Shown: piece after piece, positions 52,381-64,000 of the stretch
How positions within the stretch are numbered: position 1 is the stretch's first letter
Layout of the letters: every line of letters starts with the position of its first letter
NCBI GenBank assembly: GCA_040954595.2
Contig: CM082578.2
Span: forward strand, 7,859,519 to 7,923,518
Length of the DNA: 64,000 nucleotides
Direction of reading: 5' to 3'
Origin: Balanoglossus misakiensis
Lineage: Eukaryota; Animalia; Hemichordata
Notes under the pieces: model-generated
What the model was told of the DNA's origin: nothing
What the model saw: only the letters and a program-made list of their open reading frames with translations
Databases searched by the model: none
Position numbers and translations under genes: made by a program

Positions 52381-54057
52381 AATTGAAGGCAAGGTTCTTT
52401 GACGAGATTTGTAATGTTTCCCTTAGTTGTACTTTCACTTGCAAAGTGTACAAGTTTTGTGTGGTTGAATGATGACATGAAATTTTTTTACACTGTGCAT
52501 GACCCTCTGGTGAGTCACTCTGCAACAATTCGACAAGCTGTCTTCATGCAACAAGACATCTGCAAGGTATGGCTGTTCTGTCCCGTGAATCAAACATCTT
52601 TTCTTCTTCAACTCCCGAAAGCAGGATTTAAGTCCTAGTATGTCTTCTCAAGGCAGCCCCATGTATGCAAAACATGTATTTTTTGTGAAAAACTTCACAT
52701 CTGGACTTGAATGAATTTGCCAACAACTGATGGGTACATACATGTAACTTATTGATGGCATGCTATAGCGAGGAGTACAAGTAACTGTTTTTGATAAACA
52801 AAACCAAACAAAAACCATACAAAAAGATACTGAAAATTGGCTAGAAGTTACCGATAGCATCCCTTCAACGAAGTAGTGTAGCTAACTCCCACAGTGGATG
52901 GGAGTTTTCGAAGAAAAAACAACCCAGCAGAATGATACAAGAGTTCAGAGAAATGATAAGTTTAGGAGCAAAATGACAAAATGTGTGAAAAGCTTTGCTC
53001 TGGTTAACACCCTTACTAAACAACACATCACTGGAAAGCCATTTTTTTCCAATTACCATATCCAGCATTATTGCATTCATGTAGCATTCATAAATTTACA
53101 TAAATAGACCTATTTCAATCGGCAAATTTCTTTTGGTAAAACCTAGGCAAATATAATAGAAGTCAACGGTTGCGACAATATGCAGCATAAAAAAACAGTA
53201 CATTTTAATTTTAAAAATAAAACTTTCAAATTTAAGAGAAAAGGGCTGATAAAATGACGTTAAAATTGTCCAACTTTTCGTCAAACTGCAGCAAATATCT
53301 TTGGCTTTTCCAAAAACAAAGCAGCATTCTGCAATTCGCTGAACGTTCTTAAGTTTCAAACCTGGCGGTAATTTTATAGAAACAAAAGTTGTTGGCTGGT
53401 TTTTCGAAAATTTACAACACAGATCTAATCTGCCTGTACAATTACTCTATCAATAAATAACATTTAGTCTCTGTCAAGTCATGTAAATTGAAATCTGGGT
53501 GAGTGCATCTGTTCAACTTGTGTTGCCAAGAATGTCCCAGTCATAGGAAAACCTCGCATTCTGAACATTAAACGTAACGCGTAACTGTCTGGGTGTATTC
53601 CTGGAGAGTGCAGAATTGAATTTCTCATTTGTGTAGGTACATGTATGTAAATATTGGCTGTACTATCATGAACAGAATGCATGTGCAGCAACTTAAAACA
53701 TCAGCAAGGTGTTTGTGTGTGTGGGGGGAAGGGGGGAATATGATGTACCTTATAACACAACATCATCACAAATTGGCTTTCTAAGCTGCTAGTTCGTGAT
53801 GATCTTAACATTTAGGAGAAGCTCAAAAGTGAGCGCGATAATCCTGCAATTCAAATCAAGACGAGAGAGATACGGTAAACCTGTGTAAACTGGACATTTG
53901 TTCGGTTTGCAGTTGTCTGCTTTATAGAGGTTCTTCTAACATGTGGTTCAATGCGAAGGGGACAGGAAAAGGTGTTCGGTTTAGAAAGGTTTTACTGTAT
54001 AATGTTTTGTTATAGTGCCTTGTGTAAAGTGTCCCCTCACCCATGATACCAGAGACG

Positions 54058-57000
54058 TTAACTACTCTTTGACCCAGCATCTACAACGTCTTCAAACACA
54101 TCCGCCCCGCCGGGTCCGTACAGCAGAGTGGGCGTGTCGAGAGGCGTCTCCACGGCGCCCGAGGCAAACTCAAAACTGCTGAGGTAATCGTCCACCGCGT
54201 TCACACTGTTGCTGGGCGAATGCATTGCACTGGAGGAGTTGGACGAGGGGTTGCTCGACCGGTAGAAGGGCGCGTCCTCCGAGCGGATGGGCAGGGAAAA
54301 CGGCGAGGGCGTGATTCGCTTGGGCGTGTACGTCAGCAGCATCTCCTTGGAGCTCCTGGGGCTGGCCAGCGGCTGGTTGGGGCGGTCCTGCGTCACCTTC
54401 TGCAGGAACTCGTCCACTTGACGCAGCGAGAGGGAATTGTGCAGCGTCTCCAAGGGGCGTATCGACGGCACCATGGTGTACGTATCCATGCCTGTATCGA
54501 TAAAATGTACCATTCGTCAGAACGATCACATCACGGCACTCAATGGTACTACGTTGCAGCTCAGTACATGTACATGAGAAATGCCCTGCATGGAGATGGT
54601 AGTTACTTCGTTCAATGAATCGATAGTTTAACCATATGAATTTGAAGGCAGGATTAGTGCATGCTCTGAAAACCCATGACACCGTGTTATCCATGTAATT
54701 ATTGAAACCACAGTGGTGGACACAACACACCATTCTATCAGAAACACGAAAAGGTCCAACACATATTTAGATGATCGCTGGATTTCACTCTTAACACCAT
54801 GGTTCAGTCATGAATTTTCAAAATCATCATAATGGATAGGTACAGTGCAGCTTAGGAATAGCTTTCCAACTGCACCAACACTGGGTCAGCTCTGTTTAAA
54901 CACTGGGTCAACTCTGGGTTGGCACCCTATTGGCGCTCTAATTAGCACCTATTGGGCTTGTGTTTAACTGGAGTGTTCCAAAACAATAGGGTGCGCCAAG
55001 GTGCTAACACTGAACAATGCCAAGTGCCAGGGCCAACAGATTCACACCTTTGTAACACTTGGAACACACAGGCTAACACTGTGTGCCAAAACAATAGGGT
55101 GCGCCAAGGTTTAACACCTTTGTAGCACATGCTAACACTGAACAATGCCAAGTGCCAGGGCCAACAGATTCACACCTTTGTAACACTTGGAACACACAGG
55201 CTAACACTGTGTTGGCTCATTATAAACACCGTGTCAGCACGTTGTTAGCAAATTGGAAAGCTATTCCTAAGCTGCACTGTAAGGAAACTGTAGTGGACGC
55301 ACAGAATAAAAAAAATACTGAAAATATCATCAAACGTTGCAGCCACTATGACGTTATGTAAAATGGGAATAACCAATTACTAGTAAAACCTCTGGATATT
55401 AAAAATGGAAGTAAAACATTTGATGATGAACTGACACGATGTATTGAAGACACTTCTGGCACCTATTCTTGAATAATGGTCTTTTTCACTTTTCTCAATA
55501 AGTTCATGCTGTAACCACCTTGCATATAAACTGCAAATTGGCTGTGATATTTCAATATACAATTTCAGACATTACACAGACACTTTCAATCCAGCAACAT
55601 CTTTCTTACATGATTATTTTCACAAGAATTGACACACGCAGCGTATTAAGCCAACTTGAATGTGAACTCGATCATGCACACACCCTCAAAGACTCACTCA
55701 GCTACGTGGATTTTGTAATGAAACACACAATTAAATTTGAAAGAGGCTTGCAGCAAGAAACATCCACTGGTGGACAGGACCGAAACTGAGGGGAGAGACT
55801 GACTTTCAAAAATTGAAAAAACTCCCGCTGGCTTGAGGCTTCGGGAAAAAGTTAACACATCCAGCATGAAAAATCGTCACTTTCAACACATTATTATCGT
55901 AAACTTAGGCTGCATTCACAAACACCTCTGGAGGGGGGGGGGCAGGAGAATTGAGGGGGGGATTTGAAAAAATTAAGGGTATGTAAGGGGGGGGATTTGA
56001 AATAATTTAGGGACTGGAAGGGGGGGACTTGAAAACTTTAACGACTAAATATTTATTTTGAGTCCACAAAAATGCAGTTTCGCGCCCTTTATTTTACAAA
56101 ATTTTCTAATGTGGGAGGGGGACACCCCCTCCCACACCCACCCCCTCCATTCATCAACACCTTTCAATCATTGACTGGTTTATCTAGTGTCCCAGGTCAG
56201 GGGACTTGCCCCCACCCCATGATAACTTTGAGCGGCGACGGTTAAATTTGTCCTCCCCAACATACCGGTAGTTGAGTTCATTTGCTTTTGCCGGGTTCAT
56301 TAAAATGCAGCTTTGAGCTCTGTATTTTAGAAAATTTTCTTACGTGGGAGGGGGACACCCCCTCCCAAACCCACCCCCTTCAATTCTCGGTTTACAATGT
56401 CTCCCAACACAGAATACAAATATATGTACTTAAAAAATAAAAACAATTTTCAGTTTTAATACCCACTGATGAGGGGAAACCTTAGTTTCAAATTCTTTTC
56501 ATGGGAGCGCTGTTTTTCTTTTTTACAAGATATATAGGTGATGTGTTTTGCTCTGTGAAAGAAAATGGGGGGGGGGGGATTTCAAAATTTTGGCAGTTCG
56601 GAAGGGGGGGATTTGAAAATATTGGCAGTTCGGAAGGGGGGCATGTGAAAATTAGCGGTAAAAAAAATTGAATTCTCCCGCCCCCCCCTCCAGAGGTGTT
56701 TGTGAATGCAGCCTTAGAAGACGGAAAAGATGGGAATGTGGTAAAGGACTGGGTGTAGATGGAAATGTGGTGCCGACTTTGTTAGTATCGATTTCTTCTA
56801 GAAATGTCGGAGCAGACCAGTTTTAATTCACACAAAGTGAAGCAGTCACAACCAGTAACTTTCCAATGGGTAAATCTACTGGAACCAGAGAAAATCAACA
56901 CAATGATACAAGATTTCCAAGTACATGTATCTGCAGCAATCGGATGATCTTGAACTGCAAGCCTCTTTCAATAAATGCTATGAGTGTCAATGAGACAAAT

Positions 57001-60000
57001 ATTAACTAAGGCCTCACCAGGTATCTGAAGACACAGATCTGCAAAAAGAAGAATTCCTTCTTTTTTCAATTAAAGCCAATGTTATATTTCTTAAAACTGT
57101 CATATTCGCTGGTCATAAATACTTTAAACTGCTTATGATAATATTTAGGTTTAAACACCAAACTCCCCATATACAGGGAAATTTTGGAAATACTATTTCA
57201 CCAAACACTCCTCTTCTTTATATTTAGAGAAACGGGGTTTTAAGGGTCTAGAAAGAGATACAACTACTAAGCAAGGGCAAGATAGAGAACAGGCAGAATA
57301 TGTGCTGGATGGGATAGGGTGAAAACATTGTTAGTTGCCGAGGTTTCCAAGACAACAATTACGAAAAACAAAACAAACAAAAATGTTCACTATCATTGCT
57401 CCCTAAACCAGAAGTCTAAGTTAAAAAAGCGGACTTTCAAGAAAACAAGTGTACTAATTTTCAGATTTTCCTTCATCATGATATAATTTGTGCACTGTGA
57501 TACAAACTGCTGAAGGCATTCTGATATTCATTTGGAATTCAAAGATAATCCTACAAATAAGCTTTATTAGTTTCATCAATTCTCTCATTCAAAAACAAAT
57601 TGAAAAATAATTCTGTAATGATAGTCTCATTTGACTATTTTTTTATGAAGGGAGATGAAAAAATACTTTGAAATAAGGCTTTTTGGGGGATAAAACTTGC
57701 CTACAAAAAAGTATGAACTTAATTAATCAGGCTACTAATTATTGGGAAAACAAGGAACTTAACTTTAATTAATTAGTTAATTAAAGTAAACCACAAACTT
57801 TTCTAAACAAGAAATTCTTTGTGAGTGATTAAAGCATGGATTGGCAAATGTAAACATAGATTTCCGTGTAGTTTTTGTTTCCTGAGTCTGTTCTGGATCA
57901 AATGAGTATGAATCACATAATTTACCTCAAAAAATGAAATCTGCGATAAAAAGGCTTGCCAAAACACTACTTCGTGTGTACGAGAGGCAAAATGTAAACT
58001 CGTTCCTCGTGTCATATACGCCAGTCACAAAAAATTTCTGTTCACCAAAATGCCGTAGTTTACGAGTGGTTTAAATTGTATCATGGGCTTACCAGGCAGA
58101 ACTCCATAGGAGTAATTACGGTGGATGCCTTGCACGGTCTTGAGGTCGGGGAGGCTACCGGTAGACGTGCTACCAGTGCAGGAGTGCAGCAATTCCTTGC
58201 TGAATAAACTGCCTTGCGAACCTGTTTAGCAAGTCAATATCAGCTACTAAGCATTTGGTCACATTCTCAGGGGGGGGGGGGCGACTGAGCACTATAAAAA
58301 ACATGCACTTAACGAATATAGTGTCAGTGTGTGCATTAACAAAGGTGAAAGTGTCACAGAGTGGATTTTCTTATAAGAAATATGTGATGTACATATAAAA
58401 AACACCACCTTTTACCAACTGCCGACAATTTGCTGCAAAAACCTCTCGTTCTGAAATGACGGTAAATGGAGTAATTCATGATAACCTCCTTTAAGGTGGT
58501 TTGCAGGTGTTCCATGGCAATGCCATGGATACCACTGCATTGATGACTGGGGTGTGATTCAATGTCAAAATACTAGTCACACTAGAATGCTGTCTTTATT
58601 CAATCTCCAGTAAAAAAAAAATCCAAATTTCTTTCAAATGTTTTTAAAGTGACATTTTTTGGCTTGAATCCTAGCAGCAAATTGTCAGAAGCAAGGAAAG
58701 TGCTGGAAAACAATCTCCTGATTAGTATTAAAATCTAGCTGTAAGAGCATGCAGATATAGGTTAGACAGAAAGTGGGGTCATAGTTGATACAGATTAGAC
58801 AGAAGGTGAGAGGTCTAAGTTGAAGGTGACTGGACCTGATAACCGTTAAACCCTTACTTAGAAGATAATAACAGAAAATAGAAATTTTCTTAAGTTCATG
58901 GAGTTTGTGTGAGGGCCTGGTATTTTTGTGTGTGCAAATTTTGCAAACCTCTTCCTATCACCAATCATTAACAAGAGATTTTTGTTTTTACAATAAACCA
59001 GGCGATACATGTAGCATGTTACGATGAGGAGTTAATGAAGACATCATTCAGTTTAAAATTATTACTGTACTTTTAGTCTTACCAACCAAACCTAGGATAT
59101 AATTTACAACAAGACAGCTGACACCCAGTCTCCAATGAAGACGAACGGAACCAAGAACCAAAGTACGTACAGTCAAGCTAACACTAGTATTAGATTTTCC
59201 CCTGAAGAAAGTTTAATTCATTTCAAAACTGGTGAAGTGATTGAACTTAATGGTACTACCTTTCAGCGCCATGATAAAATTAGCAAATTCCTGTCTTCAA
59301 AAAGTCAACCAGATGAAAACTTCACCCTTGCAGCAATGTCCATTTCAACAATCTGTCAATCACTCCATCACCTTCAAAATCTTTTTTTTAATCCCAGCAC
59401 AAAATTTGATTAATCTATATAGACATCCAAGGAACATGCTCTCGAACTTACTTTATAAAGGAGTGTGTCACCATTTACACGTTAAAGTCTACACTAAAGC
59501 TAGCATATTAATGAACAGAAATGTGTTTAAACGAGCCTAGTATTCTTCCTGACTAACAACATACCCGATCTGGTTCTACCAGTGGAGGCGGGTGCGGATC
59601 CGAGGCCATGTTTTAACCTAGGACTGGAAAGATCTTCTGGCTTACCCGATAGCCTTGTTTTGTACCTGGCCAGGTCACTCAGGGTGGGTAGCTCCTGCGA
59701 GCAGTCCTCTGCCTCTTTGGAGAGCTGGCCGAAGCTGTCCGACGACGAGCTGTTGTTGTCCATGGTGTCATCTGAAAGCTGTAACAAGAATCGAGGCTCT
59801 GTTGTTTGACATGTAGTTCTATGATAAAGTTTGAAGAGTATGTATCGGTGATGCCCTTCCTCCAACATGGTTTGGTCCAAATCTATTGTCTTCTATGGTA
59901 AACCTGGACCTTTATAATTGGAACTACCGGTAGGGGTTAAAATCAATACCACCAATTTGGAAAGAGACTGGTGAACGCTTTATTCAAAACAATCAAAACA

Positions 60001-63000
60001 GTCTTTGATAAATTTTAACAGGCTCTCTCCTGTGACATTTTCCATTGGCTGTTTATTTGAGTGTTTTCCCCCCAATGAGGTCATTCATGGAAATAGAAAT
60101 TATCCATGCATAGCACACATACTGATAAAATACCCTGGACCATCTTACTTTGTCTTCCTTAGACGATGCCGGTCTATATCCGGATCCAGATGGATAGCTC
60201 AGCTCATCATCTCCGTAACCCTTAGCACCGGGGCTGAAATGCAACTCCACATGGAATCTCTCCTCAGAGGCCGGGTCTTTGTTCGGATCCTCATACAGCA
60301 TGATCACAATCTGCGTCATGTAGTTCAGTTCTTTGACAGCGCCAAGATACTCCATGGCTCTCTTCCACTGTTCATCCTCCTCCTAATGAAAAAAAGTTTT
60401 TAAGTTGTGTTACATTTATATTTCTCTGCTTGCCAAAGTTTTTCTAAAGTCGTTATAGGTCCACCTGTGTGCTCAAGTTGCCTGTGTCAATCATTTGTAC
60501 AACTTTAAAATATTCTTAATTCTGTTCTCATGCTATTCGTACCCATGGCAGTCATCTTTCACATAAAAAATATGAAGATTTAGACATTATTTTCTATTTT
60601 TGTGAATAACACTCAATTACCCAAAACCTTCAGGGCTTGACCAAAAATCAGCCTCGTAAGATCACCAGTCAAGCTACTTTTTAGACCAATCCATTGTGAT
60701 AGGGTGCACAGTATGTATCATAACTTACGTTACACAGTCGTCCGAGCCTCAGACAATTCAACAAGGAATGTATATGACTTTCACTCGTGAAATACAGTCT
60801 TGTTCTGACATGCCTCCCTGGTGACAGCACATTATGGGAGTACTTGGGATTCAATCGATGTACAGTCTCATCCTCCAGATTTCTCTGTAAGTCCGCCTGG
60901 ATCTTTCGGAGTAGGGGCAGACACACGCCAGCACCTATCTCCAATTTCTCATGCCCAGTTATTCCATATTCCTGCAAATAAATTCACGGTAATTATGCAT
61001 TCAACAGTGATAAATTTGGTGTACATTTCCAATTTTTGATTCTAAACAAGTCAAACACTACTTTCATGACTCCTGCGTGAGCCCTTATTCTGGTAATTTA
61101 AGTATTTACATGTATGTAATCTTTTCAATATTTATGTTTTGTCGGTAAATGAAAAGAATGCAATGTTTTTAGTCTGAGTAGTATTTCACTACACACAACT
61201 TTATAAGCGATAGGAGGTAACACAGTGCAAGATTTGCCTTTAATACCTGAGGGATAATAATATCAGCCAACTCCTGCGCACAGTTGTACAGGTCCTCCCT
61301 CTTGTCCAACTGCAGCTCACTGTTGTGGAGACAATCGTACTTGATACAGTCGTAAATGTCCGGTATTTTGGTGATGTCAAACTGGCCACTCTTCATGCGG
61401 AAATCCTTGTCCAGCTTGCACCACCGTTTCAACATCAGCTCCAGAGTCTCGTTATGATATAGTTTTGTACCTGGTAAAAAACAGAAAACAAAAGCAAAAC
61501 AGATGCAACAGTGAATAGGGAGATCAGATTACCCATAGTGCCATGTCGGCCATCTTGTTTTCAAAACACACAAGTTCATGAAAACAGTAATCTGTGGGTT
61601 TTTCAGCAAACACCATTTTACGCATGAAAAATAAGACAAATTTCTCATTTTAACCCACCTTGAATGAACAAACATTTTCATAACAGCTAGTGGTCAGTAC
61701 TGGTGGTCATATTTTGACACATAATCAAGTAGCATTTATTGTTGGTTATTTTTGATAGACATATTCATTTTACCTTTGTACTTTGGGTCGTCCAATCTCT
61801 CTTTGATCTGTTGGATGAGGTACTTGATGAGTTCTGCTACAAGTTCACACTTCCCCACCGGATTTCCGATCAATCTGATGGAATCCATGTACGACTTTGC
61901 ACCCGTTGGTGCAAGCTGCAATGGAATGGATGAGTATGTGTATGAACGGCAGAACGGCACTAAATGTTTTGCAGAAAGTTCTGTAAAACAATTTGTGTTC
62001 CACATTGATGTTTTTTTCTATATAAATAAACAAATTCCAGAATAGAGAATTGATAAGTTCTTCTCACTGAAAAAGTACTCTTAGCTCAATGGTAGAATAC
62101 TTACATGTTCAATGTCGCCTTCTGTAAACTCCCTGTTTTGACTCAGTATTTCACACAGTTTCTGTTTTACCCTGAGTTTTGAGAGAGAGTAACAAGAACA
62201 CTTGATTGACAAATCCCTAAATATGTTCACAGGGGGCCCTATTAATAACATGATGGCACAACAGGAAGCACACATTACAGCCATGAATGAAATACCACCG
62301 CTTTTCAGATGAGACTTACTTTGCTTGGACTGATGATGAGTCCTTGTCAAAATCTAACAGTCCATTGGTGTGCGCACTCTTAACCATTTGAACCAAGATA
62401 GGAGTCAACTCTCCTTCCAAAGCCAGCATACCCTGTCATCCATGGAGAAGATAATCAACGGATTAGCAAAGTTACAGCTGTACTCAATGAAGGCTCCGTC
62501 AGCTGTTTTGAGTATAATTATACAACAAACACCATGTTTAATAATCCACGGGTTTGCACTCAAAGCCACACAAAAAACCCTCAAATGATCCAAATGAACT
62601 CTGACCTTGGTAAAAGCTGCCGCAGTCATTTGAACCCTGCCTTCATCAGACGCATAAATCTTCAAATCATGTCTGTAAGTACTATGAAGCCGCAACAAGC
62701 CGCATCCAGGAAATCCTGCATATTCACCTGTAAAATTTGACAGTATTTTGTGAGACAGGTTACATGAATTCCTATACATCTTCCCTCCTCCCTCCCTCTC
62801 TTGCTCCAACTCTGCTTTATAATTTTCTACATATCTGTACAATATCCTCTGACACACATTTCAACTGACACCTGTTTAGTCTCGTACAGAATGAGTTCCC
62901 TTATAACATCACCATGCCTCCCTGTTGGAAACATAGTTCAAAATACATTCTCCACGGAGCAGTGGAGAATTTCCTTACTTAGCAAAGTTCCCCCTTTATC

Positions 63001-63145
63001 CCATGTGTATTTCCCTCCATACCTTGTCCTCCAGGATAAATACACCGGAACGCTCTTCCCAGTTCCTCTGCCTGAACTTTCCCAGCTGGGGTCAACTCGC
63101 CACCCCACTTCAGAATCAACAGCAGGGATGGTTCAGCACTGACGT
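54058..63145 (-). CDS. PPIP5K: Inositol hexakisphosphate / diphosphoinositol-pentakisphosphate kinase (PPIP5K/VIP1), 3' part: histidine acid phosphatase domain and C-terminal disordered region; 5' part lies beyond the window
   Basis: Exons: 63023-63145, 62606-62727, 62320-62432, 62105-62171, 61774-61915, 61247-61470, 60729-60971, 60149-60382, 59565-59778, 58093-58221, (optional 57018-57038), 54058-54491. Diagnostic peptides: [135 protein letters not shown]. Confidence 0.95.
54841..55281. mobile_element. Tc1/mariner-type MITE (~440 bp) with an internal tandem duplication
   Basis: Perfect 29-bp inverted termini including TA: TACAGTGCAGCTTAGGAATAGCTTTCCAA ... TTGGAAAGCTATTCCTAAGCTGCACTGTA (CAGTG end typical of Tc1). 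An internal ~108-125 bp unit is repeated at about 54978 and 55086. Confidence 0.88.
55908..56713. mobile_element. PIF/Harbinger-type MITE (~806 bp), TTA target-site duplication
   Basis: TTA|GGCTGCATTCACAAACACCTCTGGAGGGGGGGG..GGAGAATT ... AATTCTCC..CCCCCCCTCCAGAGGTGTTTGTGAATGCAGCC|TTA: over 30 bp of near-perfect TIR and a 3-bp TWA TSD. Internal repeated palindrome GGGAGGGGGACACCCCCTCCC at about 56113 and 56346; subterminal GGGGGGGATTTGAAA repeats. Confidence 0.9.
57018..57038 (-). CDS. Candidate 21-nt frame-preserving microexon of PPIP5K (DLCLQIP)
   Basis: Minus strand reads TTCTTCTTTTTGCAG|ATCTGTGTCTTCAGATACCTG|GTGAGG. Phase 1-1 matches the flanking exons and it contains no stop codon. Confidence 0.5.
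58419..58691. mobile_element. Possible old MITE
   Basis: Imperfect inverted termini CTGCCGACAATTTGCTGCAA / TAGCAGCAAATTGTCAGAAG (17/20). Confidence 0.3.
59854..59940. mobile_element. ~90 bp piggyBac-like MITE, copy 3 (diverged)
   Basis: CCCTTCCTCCAACATGGTTTGGTCCAAATCTATTGTCTTCTATGGTAAACCTGGACC...TAGGGGTTAA. Confidence 0.6.
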
Positions 63146-63888
63146 CTGCAATCAGACAGCATATGTGTTTAGGTCACATAGAAATGAAAGCTGTGATGCG
63201 AAATGAAATGAATGTACCTCTTTTATGGACAGGATGGGATTTCAGCACAGTTTGTCAGAGAATGTAAGTAGAACTTAAACACTTAAACTCTGAAAAGTTC
63301 TTAAGTCTAAAGTGTGATATCATAACTACCAAACAGAATAAGAAAATTCTTTGGTCAGCAGAAATGATTCACTTGGAAGTAATTTGCTAATTATATATGA
63401 TTGATTTAATAGTCCTTCTACTAGATGAGCCTGCCTGGATATGTATACAAGACGGGTTAGTAGACATTATCTTTGTATCTGAGTTGCATGGGCCTGACCA
63501 CCCTGTCTTTTGTAGTTTGGAATGACCCAAGTGAATTTAATATCCACATACTTCATGTACTTGGGAGTTGGGAGATCCTGAAAATGAAGGGTAATAAATG
63601 TGGAACAAAATCAGATAGAAAATTTTCCTTTTATCCGTACTGGTATCAATATCTGCAAAGTGAAAACATGTACAACCATTCTAAGTACTCCACAAGAGAG
63701 TCAGTCTTCAGTTCAAATGCCCAACTTTCGACATTTCATTTGACACTGGTACTATCCTGATTCTGTCATGTGGTAGAGGTGACATGACAAAAATAATGCT
63801 AGTCCACTTAAAAATAATGATACAACAATGAAGAACAGATCATAGTATACTAAGCAAAACAGCACACGAACGATCAGAACAAACTGCC

Positions 63889-63911
63889 TCACACACACAC
63901 ACACACACACC
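63889..63911. repeat. (CA)n microsatellite
   Basis: Directly visible. Confidence 0.85.
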
Positions 63912-64000
63912 GCTGGGGGCCATAAGTACGCCCTCTATACCAATACATCTCTGCAGCCGTATGGCCAGGCCCGAACATAGCGTGAGCGCTCGTTTGACGC

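Noticed and set aside
54170-54733. Overlapping 187-aa and 132-aa ORFs at the last PPIP5K exon
   Set aside because: Shifted-frame and antisense shadows of a GC-rich exon.
54978-55212. Direct repeats that might suggest a CRISPR-like array
   Set aside because: Only two long tandem units with no unique spacers, inside a MITE in eukaryotic DNA.
58790-58840. Possible alternative terminal exon of PPIP5K ([13 protein letters not shown])
   Set aside because: Weak acceptor and no supporting homology or poly(A) evidence.
62081-62100. TAGCTCAATGGTAGA tRNA D-arm/A-box look-alike (similar sequence at about 22883)
   Set aside because: No properly spaced T-arm or B-box and no cloverleaf; it abuts a PPIP5K splice donor.

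Overview
Intron-rich invertebrate-animal genomic DNA (GT-AG introns, many MITEs; the taxon cannot be fixed from sequence alone). Six protein-coding genes were reconstructed by hand from splice sites and reading-frame phase. (1) UPF2, minus strand, 35 coding exons, about 1437 aa, with one GC-AG intron and uORFs. (2) MCM10, plus strand, 18 coding exons, about 863 aa, head-to-head with UPF2 across a ~220 bp bidirectional promoter. (3) An intronless PRSS23/35-like trypsin-fold serine protease. (4) An unrecognised ~262 aa Cys/His-containing protein with three coding exons. (5) An SLC5A8/SLC5A6/SLC5A5-type sodium:solute symporter, minus strand, about 598 aa. (6) The 3' half of PPIP5K/VIP1, minus strand, running off the right end, with a candidate 21-nt microexon. 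Non-autonomous DNA transposons of Tc1/mariner-, PIF/Harbinger-, Kolobok- and piggyBac-like end structure, an L2-type LINE relic, a tRNA-like relic and microsatellites lie in introns and intergenic DNA. No prokaryote-style system such as CRISPR is present. The best leads are the orphan gene, the UPF2/MCM10 promoter with UPF2 uORFs, the PPIP5K microexon and the mosaic CpG/GC3 landscape.
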